Source: an uncultured delta proteobacterium (GTDB lineage Bacteria; Desulfobacterota; Desulfobacteria; Desulfobacterales; JAFDCJ01). From it: a DNA stretch of 15,107 nucleotides. The notes beneath the pieces are model-generated. The model searched no databases and was not told the origin of the DNA. It saw only the letters and a list, made by a program, of their open reading frames with translations. The position numbers and the translations under genes are program-made. This document shows, piece by piece, positions 1 through 8,773 of this stretch; positions within the stretch are counted from its first letter, which is position 1; every line of letters begins with the position of its first letter. The stretch spans positions 1 to 15,107 of the forward strand of contig CAVYNY010000024.1 of the NCBI GenBank assembly GCA_963769935.1, read 5' to 3'.

Positions 1-119
1 ACATGGGGGGGCAAACAAGAATATCACGCCCGGACAACCCGGATGTAAGGGTGTAAAAAAAAAGTCGAAATAGACCATTCTTTGGTTTAGGCGCCCCAAG
101 TATTTCCATTTTCAGAGAA

Positions 120-665
120 TCACAGCGGCAATGACTTTTGAATCCCCGCCAGAATACTTCTAAGCTTTGGATTTTCAATAAAAACCCGGTACCGCAGCAT
201 GCGCAGCACGGCTTTCAGATCCTTCCATTCCGAAAGGACTCTGCCGGGATTGGTGAAAATCTCGGAGGCTTCCATTAGACTGGTTTTTACATAATCGGAT
301 ACGTTCATTGACGCCGCCTCCTTGCTGAAGGCGTCGAGGATTTTTTTAAAGTCGCCGGCATTTAGCCAGACCCCTTCGCAAAAAGGGCAAAACGTGATGT
401 CAATATCCGGCTCCTGGAAGTTGATTTGCCGCATGGCAATTTTTCGGCATCGCGGACAGCTGAACGAATCTGCATTGATGTTGAAAAGCGCTTTGGGGCT
501 CCAAATCTCAAAATCCAGAAAACGCAGGTCCGGATCCACTTTATCTTTTACTTCTTCCAGCACGCCCCTATCGAACCAAATGCCTCTGCATTGGCGGCAT
601 TCATCGACTTGGACATCCCCGAATACCAGCGGTTTCATTGCCTGCCGGCACACTGGACAATCCAT
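120..665 (-). CDS. zf-TFIIB-like double zinc-ribbon protein (181 aa)
   Basis: Two CxxC...CxxC modules: CPVC...VDECRQCRGIWFDRG and CPRC...ITFCPFCEGVWLNAG. Start moved from the ORF track (824) to ATG 665, which follows GAAAGGAAAAATACC. The upstream extension is AT-rich and not protein-like. Confidence 0.85.
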   Translation of the reverse strand: MDCPVCRQAMKPLVFGDVQVDECRQCRGIWFDRGVLEEVKDKVDPDLRFLDFEIWSPKALFNINADSFSCPRCRKIAMRQINFQEPDIDITFCPFCEGVWLNAGDFKKILDAFSKEAASMNVSDYVKTSLMEASEIFTNPGRVLSEWKDLKAVLRMLRYRVFIENPKLRSILAGIQKSLPL

Positions 666-1022
666 GGTATTTTTCCTTTCAAATATCCCTTCCATTTCAA
701 TCAACATGGCATGGCTAAGGGAAAATATAAATGAGGTTGATTGTGTATTTTCTGAAAAAATTGAATGTATCGATGAAATCCCCTTGTCCAAAAGATACAT
801 AACTTTAAGCTGAAAAATACACATTCTACTTTATTTAGCTTATTTCATCAGTTTAGTATTTAATATTGTCCTTAGTCCCGTATTTAGACGTGACGACATC
901 AATCATTGTGCATACATACACAGCGGTCTTTCTATTTGGCACGTTACGGCAGGTTATAAGCCAACTGCATAGGGCGAATACTGCCTTAATTATGACGCTG
1001 AGTATAAAAGGAGAAGATCATC

Positions 1023-3539
1023 ATGGCCAACGCGCCGACCCAAGTTGTTCGCAGAACGCTCTTTTCGTGGATCTTTGCCAAAAACAAAAAACTTCAACTC
1101 CTGCTGGTTCTCTCGGCGGCAGTTTCGGTTTTCGCCAACGTCATCCCGCTGGAAATGCAGAAACGCATCGTCAATGAGGCCATTAACTTAAGAAAAATAG
1201 ATCTGCTGATGAACTACTGCGGCATCTATCTGGCAGCCTTTGTGGTGAGCAGCGGGCTGAAATTCCTGATCAACTCCCTGCAGAGCATCATCGGCCAGCG
1301 GACGGTGACCGATATGCGCAAAGAATTATTTCGGCATGCGATAACCCTGCCATTGAGTTTTTATCGCCGAACCCAGCCCGGACTGGTCGTTGCCGCAATG
1401 ACCACCGAGCTTGCCACTGCGGGAGATTTCGTCGGAATGTCGATCGCCGTTCCCGTAACCAACCTCTTGATGCTGGCGGCTTTTGCCGGCTATCTCTTGT
1501 GGCTCAATCCGATGCTGGCCGCCATAACGCTGAGCGTCTATCCGATCGTGCTTTTGCTGGTTCCCGTGCTTCAAAATCGGGTCAACGCTTACAATCGAAA
1601 ACGGGTGGACGCCGGCCGCAAACTTTCCGGCAAAATCGGGGAATCGGTTGCCGGTATTCATGAAATCCAGGCCAACGGCGCCTTTGCAATTGAGAGGCGC
1701 AAATTTGATCAATTGGCAGACCGGCTGCGCAGGATCCGCATCATCTGGCGCTTGCTCCGTTTCGGCATCAAGGCCGCCAACAGCATGTTTACAAATTTAA
1801 GCCGCTTTTTGGTTTTTGCATTTGGCGGATATCTGGCCATCAGGGGCAGCCTGGAACTGGGTGCCCTGGTTGCGTTCCTGTCGGGCCAGGGAAAGTTATA
1901 TGACCCCTGGAAGGAGTTGATAGAGTTTTACCAGGCCTACAAAACCTCTTCGGTCACTTACGGCCGTACGATGGAATATTTCGATACCAAACCCGAACAT
2001 GCGATGGCAGCCGACGGCCGCGAACCGTTCGATCTGGACGGCAGTATTACCGTTGAAGATTTGTCTTTTGAGACCGAAGATGGAACCCGGCTGCTGTCGG
2101 AAATTTCCTTTTCGTTAAAACCCTGCGAACACATGGCGTTGGTCGGGTTTTCCGGAAGCGGCAAAAGCACGCTGGCGCAATGCATCGTGCAATTGCATCG
2201 ATACACGCGCGGCCGGATCACCATCGGTCAAAAAGAGGTGGCGAACCTCTCCAAGCAAGATATCGTCGCCAACATCGGTTTTGTATCCCAGGACCCATTT
2301 ATATTCGACGGTACCATTGAGGACAACCTCCTGTATGCCTGGAAGGCAATGCCATCCAATGCAGATTCAGAGAGTCAAAGCGAGGGCCCCACGTTAGACC
2401 AACGGATTCAAGTCTTGCAGCAAAGCGGAATCTTTGTCGATGTCCTGCGTTTCGGTCTGAATACAAAACTGCACGGCAGCGCGCATCAAGCCCTCATATC
2501 TCAAATTATCCGGTTGCGCCAAAAGTTTCTGGATGAATTTGCCGCGGAACTGCGGGAGTACATCGAATATTATGATGAAACCAAATTTCTCCTGTATTCC
2601 AGCATCGCCGAAAATCTCGTGTTCGGTGTACCTCAACAGGAGGCGTTTGATAAAAAAAATTTGCTCGATAATGAGTTCTTTTTGAATCTCCTTGAAAGCT
2701 CAGGCCTAAAAACGCCGCTGCTAAAACTCGGGGCCGAGTTGGTTGGTCAGGCGCTGAACATACTGGGTGATCTGCCGCCGTCGGCGGTTTTTGCTGACGA
2801 AATGCCGATTGAACCGGAAGAGTTGGAAGATTGCAAAAGGATTGCGGTCCGTGAAAAAAATGAGGGCCTGAACGCACTGGCGGCTGATGACCGCCGTGTG
2901 CTGTTGCAGCTGGCCCTGCGCTATTCACAGGGCAAGCACAAGCTGGTGGATCTGCCGCCGCAATTAAAAAAACAGATTCTGGCAGCGCGCCAAGAGTTCA
3001 AGAAAACCGTTTCCGCCCAAAAGTCAGACTCTTTCGCCTTTTATGACAGGTCAAAATATATTACTTCCCGCCCAATTTTGACCAACATATTTTTCGGCAA
3101 CATCAAAACCACAAGTTCGCGGGAGCAGGATCAAGTCAATCGCTGCATTAATCAACTCCTGATTGAAGAAGAAATACTGGAAGATATTTTAGCCATGGGG
3201 ATGCAGCACCGGGTCGGCAGCAAAGGTGAAAACCTTTCCGGCGGACAGCGCCAGAAACTGGCTATCGCCCGGGTATTGCTCAAAGAACCGAAGGTTCTGG
3301 TCATGGACGAGGCGACCTCCGGGCTTGACAACGAATCCCAGGCGCGGATACAAAACCTGCTAGAAACTCAATGGAAAGATAAGAGTACCCTGATTGCCGT
3401 CGTTCACCGCCTCGATATCATCAGAAACTATGATAAGATCGCAGTAATGAAAGCCGGCAAGATCATCGAAATGGGATCCTATGAAGAACTTATGAATAAA
3501 CGCGGGATCCTGCGCGAACTCGTCGACGGCAAGAAGTAA
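1023..3539 (+). CDS. ABC exporter, fused transmembrane + ATP-binding domains, with a large insertion in the ATPase domain (838 aa)
   Basis: N-terminal hydrophobic helices. Walker A GFSGSGKS (2145-2168), Q-loop VSQDP, signature LSGGQ (3234-3248), Walker B VLVMDE, D-loop SGLD, H-switch VVHRL. RBS AAGGAG upstream. Confidence 0.95.
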   Translation: MANAPTQVVRRTLFSWIFAKNKKLQLLLVLSAAVSVFANVIPLEMQKRIVNEAINLRKIDLLMNYCGIYLAAFVVSSGLKFLINSLQSIIGQRTVTDMRKELFRHAITLPLSFYRRTQPGLVVAAMTTELATAGDFVGMSIAVPVTNLLMLAAFAGYLLWLNPMLAAITLSVYPIVLLLVPVLQNRVNAYNRKRVDAGRKLSGKIGESVAGIHEIQANGAFAIERRKFDQLADRLRRIRIIWRLLRFGIKAANSMFTNLSRFLVFAFGGYLAIRGSLELGALVAFLSGQGKLYDPWKELIEFYQAYKTSSVTYGRTMEYFDTKPEHAMAADGREPFDLDGSITVEDLSFETEDGTRLLSEISFSLKPCEHMALVGFSGSGKSTLAQCIVQLHRYTRGRITIGQKEVANLSKQDIVANIGFVSQDPFIFDGTIEDNLLYAWKAMPSNADSESQSEGPTLDQRIQVLQQSGIFVDVLRFGLNTKLHGSAHQALISQIIRLRQKFLDEFAAELREYIEYYDETKFLLYSSIAENLVFGVPQQEAFDKKNLLDNEFFLNLLESSGLKTPLLKLGAELVGQALNILGDLPPSAVFADEMPIEPEELEDCKRIAVREKNEGLNALAADDRRVLLQLALRYSQGKHKLVDLPPQLKKQILAARQEFKKTVSAQKSDSFAFYDRSKYITSRPILTNIFFGNIKTTSSREQDQVNRCINQLLIEEEILEDILAMGMQHRVGSKGENLSGGQRQKLAIARVLLKEPKVLVMDEATSGLDNESQARIQNLLETQWKDKSTLIAVVHRLDIIRNYDKIAVMKAGKIIEMGSYEELMNKRGILRELVDGKK

Positions 3540-3550
3540 AGAATCCAAAC

Positions 3551-5665
3551 ATGGCAATTCTGAAAGAAGGTCAAAATTGTTGGCGCCAAGTATCTGCCGG
3601 ACGTGCCGCTTGCCTGATCGACGGCGCCGTCTATTTTGAAGCCCTGGTGGACGCCGTTAAACAGGCCCAAAAATCCATATATATCGCCGCCTGGGATATC
3701 GACAGCCACACCGACCTCCTGCGCCGTTCCGGCGCTGAGGCACCGTCTGTTCGGTTGGGGGAGTTTTTAAACGCGACAGTCAAAAAAACACCCGATTTGC
3801 ATGTGTATATTCTGGCCTGGGATTTTCCCATGCTCTATATGCGGGAGCGTGAGTGGCTTCCCATTATCAATCTGGACTGGAAGACCCATCGCCGCATCCA
3901 TTTTCAGCTCGACGATCAACATCCTTTGGGGGGATCGCAACATCAAAAAATTGTCATAATCGATGATGCGGTGGCATTTTGCGGAGGAATCGATTTGACC
4001 AGAAACCGCTGGGATACGCCCCGGCACTGCCTGAATGATCCGCGCCGCAAGGATCCCGGCGGCCGGCTTTACGAGCCTTTTCATGATATCCAAATGATCG
4101 TCGACGGCAAAGCGGCCGCAGCCCTGGGAGATCTGTTCCGGGACCGCTGGAAATGGGCAACCGGCAAAGACCTTCAGCCCGTTGACCCGCGCACCAGCAT
4201 CTGGCCCACGGACCTTGAGCCCTGCTTAACGGATAGTCGGATAGGTATTGTCCAAACCTTGCCGGCTTTCAAGGGTCGACCTGAAGTCCGTGAAACCGAA
4301 AAACTGTATTGCGATGCCATTGCAGCGGCGCAGGATTGCATTTACATTGAAAACCAGTACCTGACCTCGGTGGCTGTCGCCCGCGCATTGCAGAAAAGCC
4401 TGCAGCAGGCAAAAGGACCTGAAATCGTCTTGGTGCTGCCCCCGGCGGCATCCGGCTGGTTGGAACAAAGCACCATGGATGCCATTCGCGCCCACATCTT
4501 AACCCGGCTGGATCAGGCCGACCGCAACAACCGACTGCGTGTCCTTTACCCGGCTTTAGCGGGCGGGGAAGCGCACGTCTACGTTCACGCGAAAACCATG
4601 GTCGTCGATGATCGTCTGGTATTGGTCGGTTCCGCAAATTTAAGCAATCGCTCCATGGGCCTGGATTCGGAATGCTCCCTGGTCATGGAGCCCGAGGGAG
4701 GATCCAATGCCGCTGAGGCCGTGGCCGCATTTCGCAACACACTGCTGGCCGAGCATCTCGGCACCTCGGCCGCAGCTGTCCGCCAGGCTTGCGCCGACAC
4801 CCAATCACTGATTCAGGCGATCGAATCGCTTTCAGGCGAAGATCGATTTTTAGCCCGGTTAGAGTACCGGGAGCCCTCGGTGGACGGCACCCGGCTGGTT
4901 CCGGATGACGACTGGCTGGACCCGGAAAGACCCGTTGAACTCGACCGAATATTTGATCAATTTGTGCATGAGGAAAGCGGTCAATCCGGCAAGTTTCAAC
5001 TGGTAAAAATTTCCGTTGTTTTACTGGTGCTGCTGGCCCTGGCCGCCGCCTGGCGCTGGACGGCGCTTTCGCAATGGGTGAGCCTGGAGACCTTGACCGG
5101 CCTGGCAGCCTATCTGAAGGACAATCCCCTCTTGCCCCTCGGGGTATTGGCCGCTTTCGTCGCCGGCGGACTGTTGATGGTTCCTATAACCGTATTGATC
5201 GGTGCCACCGGGATAATATTTCCCGCCCATCTGGGCGTAGTTTATGCGTTGGCCGGCAGCCTCTTGAGTTCGCTGATCACCTATTTTATTGGGGCCGGAT
5301 TCGGCCGGCGGATGGTTCGCAGATTGGCGGGAAGCAGGCTGAACCGTCTCAGCAGGCAACTCGCCCGTCAGGGTATTCTCACGGTGATGGTGGTGCGCAA
5401 CCTGCCGGTGGCGCCGTTTACCATCGTCAACATGGTAGCGGGTGCGTCCCATATAAAGCTGCGAGATTTTCTCCTGGGCACGGCCCTGGGAATGCTGCCG
5501 GGCATCGTCGTCATCACGGTATTTGCCGACCGTCTCTCCGCCGCCGTCAAAAATCCGCATTGGACCAACATTGCCGTCGCAGCCGGCATCGCCATCGTCT
5601 GGGTACTGGGGATCTGGCTGATACAAAAACGTCTGCGATCCGTAAATAAAACCCGTCATGCATAA
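3551..5665 (+). CDS. Phospholipase D (two HKD motifs) fused to a C-terminal DedA/VTT (SNARE-associated) membrane domain (704 aa)
   Basis: HQKIVIIDD...FCGGIDL (3941) and HAKTMVVDD...VGSANL (4586). The hydrophobic C-terminal ~220 aa contain VVRNLPVAPFTIVNMVAG...FLLGTALGMLPG, typical of DedA/TVP38. Starts 11 bp after the ABC stop. Confidence 0.93.
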   Translation: MAILKEGQNCWRQVSAGRAACLIDGAVYFEALVDAVKQAQKSIYIAAWDIDSHTDLLRRSGAEAPSVRLGEFLNATVKKTPDLHVYILAWDFPMLYMREREWLPIINLDWKTHRRIHFQLDDQHPLGGSQHQKIVIIDDAVAFCGGIDLTRNRWDTPRHCLNDPRRKDPGGRLYEPFHDIQMIVDGKAAAALGDLFRDRWKWATGKDLQPVDPRTSIWPTDLEPCLTDSRIGIVQTLPAFKGRPEVRETEKLYCDAIAAAQDCIYIENQYLTSVAVARALQKSLQQAKGPEIVLVLPPAASGWLEQSTMDAIRAHILTRLDQADRNNRLRVLYPALAGGEAHVYVHAKTMVVDDRLVLVGSANLSNRSMGLDSECSLVMEPEGGSNAAEAVAAFRNTLLAEHLGTSAAAVRQACADTQSLIQAIESLSGEDRFLARLEYREPSVDGTRLVPDDDWLDPERPVELDRIFDQFVHEESGQSGKFQLVKISVVLLVLLALAAAWRWTALSQWVSLETLTGLAAYLKDNPLLPLGVLAAFVAGGLLMVPITVLIGATGIIFPAHLGVVYALAGSLLSSLITYFIGAGFGRRMVRRLAGSRLNRLSRQLARQGILTVMVVRNLPVAPFTIVNMVAGASHIKLRDFLLGTALGMLPGIVVITVFADRLSAAVKNPHWTNIAVAAGIAIVWVLGIWLIQKRLRSVNKTRHA

Positions 5666-5690
5666 TACCTACACAGATTTCAACAAACCT

Positions 5691-6559
5691 CTATAATTTC
5701 GGCAGGTTTTCGATCTCCCGCCGGGTAATGTCGTAGGTGATGCCCCGGTTGGTAAAGCCGATGGGGCGATAGGGCACCGCCACCCGCTTGTCGCCATAAT
5801 ATAAAAAGCTGCCGTAAGATAATATGAGCTGATCGACCTTTCCAGCGGTGCTGATAATAAGATCCTCCACTGTTGCGACTTCCTCGCCCTGCTTGTCGAT
5901 GACCGCCTGCCCTAATATGACACTTACCAGCATTCGCGCCGGATAAAAAGCCCAATCCCAGGGATTGTACCAATTCCGCATTCCGTGATCGCCTTCATCG
6001 CGATACGCGAATAGGGACGGTCATACTGCTGATCCTGGCGGCCACCGCCTTGAGGTCCGCTGTGGGGTAGGCGGACGCCTTCATCCGACCACTGCCGGCG
6101 ATACCCCGGCGGCAGGCCTCTGCCGTAAGTCCCGTAGGGTCCGGGCATCATGCCGTAATAAGGATTAAGACGGTAGCTATAGTTGGTAAATAGACCTTTT
6201 TTGCGATAGTCGAATTCAGGCCGGTCCTCGAGCTGCTTTCTGGTGGCGTCCAAAATTATTTTACCGTCGGCAAATTTTAAAGACTTGTACGGGGCGGATA
6301 CCAGTTTTTCGTCTACATCCAGAAAGCCGTCGACCGATATCAGCGCAGTTTTGATGCTGCCGTTTCTTTTGACGACGAGGTCTTCAAGATCACCGAGCTC
6401 CTGTCCCTGGGCATTGAAAACCGGTTGATCGAAAATGGCGCCGGCGTTCAAGTATCCCGCCGGATTTTCCGAGGCCCCGGCAGGCATCGATAGGACAATG
6501 CAGAAAACGATGGCTGTCATTATTTGTGAAATGCAAATTCTTTGCAGTTTGCTGATCAT
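5691..6559 (-). pseudogene. Secreted protein with two PRC-barrel domains, split by a 1-bp frameshift (~289 aa if restored)
   Basis: RBS GGGAGG before ATG 6559, then a signal-peptide-like N-terminus. Barrel 1: IFDQPVFNAQGQELGDLEDLVV...KLVSAPY...LEDRPEF. Barrel 2, in another frame: ILGQAVIDKQGEEVATVEDLII...KRVAVPY...IENLPKL. The span is 869 bp, one short of a multiple of 3. The shift lies between ~5982 and 6020. Confidence 0.8.
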
Positions 6560-6763
6560 GCTAAACCTCCCATAAAAAATAGAATTTCCATCAGATAACC
6601 TGTCTCACTTTTCCGATGATGGCGGCCTTGCTGATTTCCTCGAAATCCAAAAGCTTTGGCATTGACTGCCATCCCCACCCCGATGGAAAGCCCCTGTGTT
6701 GAGGTAATCGATCTGACCGTCAATTTGCATGGCGCTTTTTTTTTTATTAATATTTTTGGCTTT

Positions 6764-7797
6764 TTAGGCCTCGCCGGCGTCAGCCACCTTCTCGGCCATT
6801 TCCAGCAGGTTCTGGTGGCGGCTCAGACCGGTGATGAAACGCGCCGGAATGCCTCGCAGACCGTTTTGGGCCCCGGCCAGCGCGCCGGCCAGGCTGGCGC
6901 GGGCCATATTGTTGCCGCCGCCGTTAATGGCGGAAAGCACCGGCAGTTTGAAGTCCTCTTGAAAACGGGCACAAAGATAATAGGCCGCCGGCAGCATGAA
7001 ATCCATGGAACAGGCCAGTCCGAACAACCGGCAGGCTGCCTGGGGCGGATTGATTTGAACCGCATCGTCCCTGGCAGCCGCATAGGACCAGCGGGGCAGG
7101 AGAACGGCGTCATGAAATGAAGCCTCCGAAGAATCGCCGTCCGCCGAATCCGACAACGACACGCTGAGGGAAAGCCCATGGGCTTTGGCCTGCCCGACTA
7201 CAGCGCGCGGGGCGCTGTCCAGGGTCTCGCCGTTGATGAGGGCGGCCACGATCAGGCCGAACGCAACCGAACCGCCGGCGATGAAGGGATCCCGGTGGGT
7301 CAGGCGAACGTTTAAACGGGCGTGATCCAACAGCTTTTTGAAATCGCTGTGATAGCGGGCGGCCAATACGGGCATCCGAATGGCGCCTTCGGCCGTGTTG
7401 GCGAAGCTCCCGGCCCGGTTCCATTCTTTTCCGGCCTGCCGGGCGTGCCAGACATCCCGCATGGCCTCGTCCGTGTACCGGCCTCCCTCGGGCGTACCAT
7501 CCAGGGTCCCCAGGAGCGCGTCGAGGCGCCGGCAGAAATCAGGCTCGTCATAGCCTCCTTTATCCGCCAGCGATTCCAGCAAAAATCCGACGACCTGGCC
7601 GGTCTGAGAGTTATCTCCTGCCGTTAGTCCATCATGATAGCGACCGGGCCTGGGACGGGTGTAATCTTCGATCCATTCGCCGTATTCCGCTTTTAATTTT
7701 GCCAGGTCATAGTACCAGTGGGTCCCGACGCCTAACGCATCCCCGATCAGCGTCCCCATGATGGCGCCCACGGCGCGATCCGGGTGTCATTTTTCAT
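6764..7797 (-). CDS. ADP-ribosylglycohydrolase / crystallin J1 family protein (frameshift after codon ~6; intact ORF from GTG 7771 or ATG 7759)
   Basis: GAIMGTLIGDALG...HWYYD at the N-terminus, LTH, and C-terminal AINGGG...ASLAGALAGAQNGLRGIP. A strong RBS AGGAGG precedes ATG 7797, which is one base out of frame with the ORF. Confidence 0.85.
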
Positions 7798-7952
7798 TGC
7801 GAATCCTCCTCGATGGCAGTCGTAGCCTAATATTCCAATCGTATCCGTATGTTATTGTGTTTACCGGAATAGTCCTTAAATTAGGCAGGCTCTTCAGCCA
7901 ATGAAATGGGGTCTGGACCGTATTGGCATCTTTCTCAGGCAGTATTTCTATG

Positions 7953-8106
7953 GGTAAAGGTTCAGAGTTCAAGGTTCAAAGTTCTGGGTTCATAAAGGGT
8001 TTCAAGTGTCAGAAATAAAGCTCATGGTTAATGCTCATAGTTAGTTCATAGTTGAAAGTTCATTGTTTATAGATAAAGATTGAAGGTGAAAGGCCAAAGG
8101 TAAAAG
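7953..8106. repeat. Degenerate 7-bp periodic tandem repeat
   Basis: GTTCAGA GTTCAAG GTTCAAA GTTCTGG GTTCATA (7960-7994), then nine in-phase 7-mers at 8044-8106 (GTTCATA GTTGAAA GTTCATT GTTTATA GATAAAG ATTGAAG GTGAAAG GCCAAAG GTAAAAG). Confidence 0.8.
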
Positions 8107-8188
8107 GAGTCGACAGTTATAACATCGCCGGCCCCCTTTTTTGTGCTCGGGCTTGGTCATATTAGCCGCCCGTCGAATTTGATCGCGG

Positions 8189-8416
8189 TCAACACATCAG
8201 ATCCAAGGGCTTCACAGAAACTGCTAAACTTTTCCGCCGAGGGAACCCGGCGGTGCATTTCTCGATTTGGCTCCGGGTGCTTCGGGAATATTCTGCCGGA
8301 CTTTCAATTTCGGATTTTTCCAAGCTTTTTCTGTCGTTCTTCTCTCTGCCTTTTTTGACGCGATCTTCACAGTCGTCGCACTTTCCACTGACGTCTCTCG
8401 CTAACGTCTCACTCAT
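8189..8416 (-). CDS. Small hypothetical protein with a CxxC motif (75 aa; 3' half uncertain)
   Basis: Strong RBS AAGGGAGGATTTTT directly before ATG 8416. MSETLARDVSGKCDDCEDRVKK. No family recognised with confidence. Confidence 0.5.
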   Translation of the reverse strand: MSETLARDVSGKCDDCEDRVKKGREKNDRKSLEKSEIESPAEYSRSTRSQIEKCTAGFPRRKSLAVSVKPLDLMC

Positions 8417-8773
8417 AAAAATCCTCCCTTCAAATAAAAATCCTCGCTTTCAATTTGCAGTTAACTTTTCTTTATTCCCTTTTATGCTTAATATAAAAAT
8501 TATAAGTAAGGTATAATATTACAATCCGGGATAACCCGTATTCATGTTTACTCGTTTATGTATTTTGGGGAAAGAAAGTTTAATTCATCGCCTGTTTAAT
8601 TCGTTAGCTGGAAATAGACCCAGTGGCATTAATTTTGGTCCGGATGCGAGAACACTTGGCTGATAGGGGACTGCAAACCTGGGAATGCCGCCAATACCCT
8701 GTTGAAAAACGACACAGATGCAATAGGTTCTTAAAACCGGCTATATGACAGCATCCAGGAAGGACATTTTCAG

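Noticed and set aside
666..824. N-terminal extensions in the ORF track (also 13551-13601 and 14532-14642)
   Set aside because: They lack family-like sequence, and better starts with clear RBSs lie at 665, 13602 and 14643.
937..951. Sigma-54 promoter TGGCACGTTACGGCA upstream of the ABC gene
   Set aside because: GG-to-GC spacing is 9 nt instead of the required 10, and the TT before GC is missing.
6718..6745. Weak hairpin followed by a T10 run, as a + strand terminator
   Set aside because: The stem is only ~5 bp with a G-U pair, and both flanking genes are on the - strand.
7953..8106. CRISPR array
   Set aside because: Units are 7 bp, contiguous and degenerate, with no spacers and no cas genes.
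8660..8740. Riboswitch-like sequence upstream of the TIGR01777 gene (GCAAACC...)
   Set aside because: I could not build the paired stems or find the other conserved motifs of a c-di-GMP-I or other known riboswitch.
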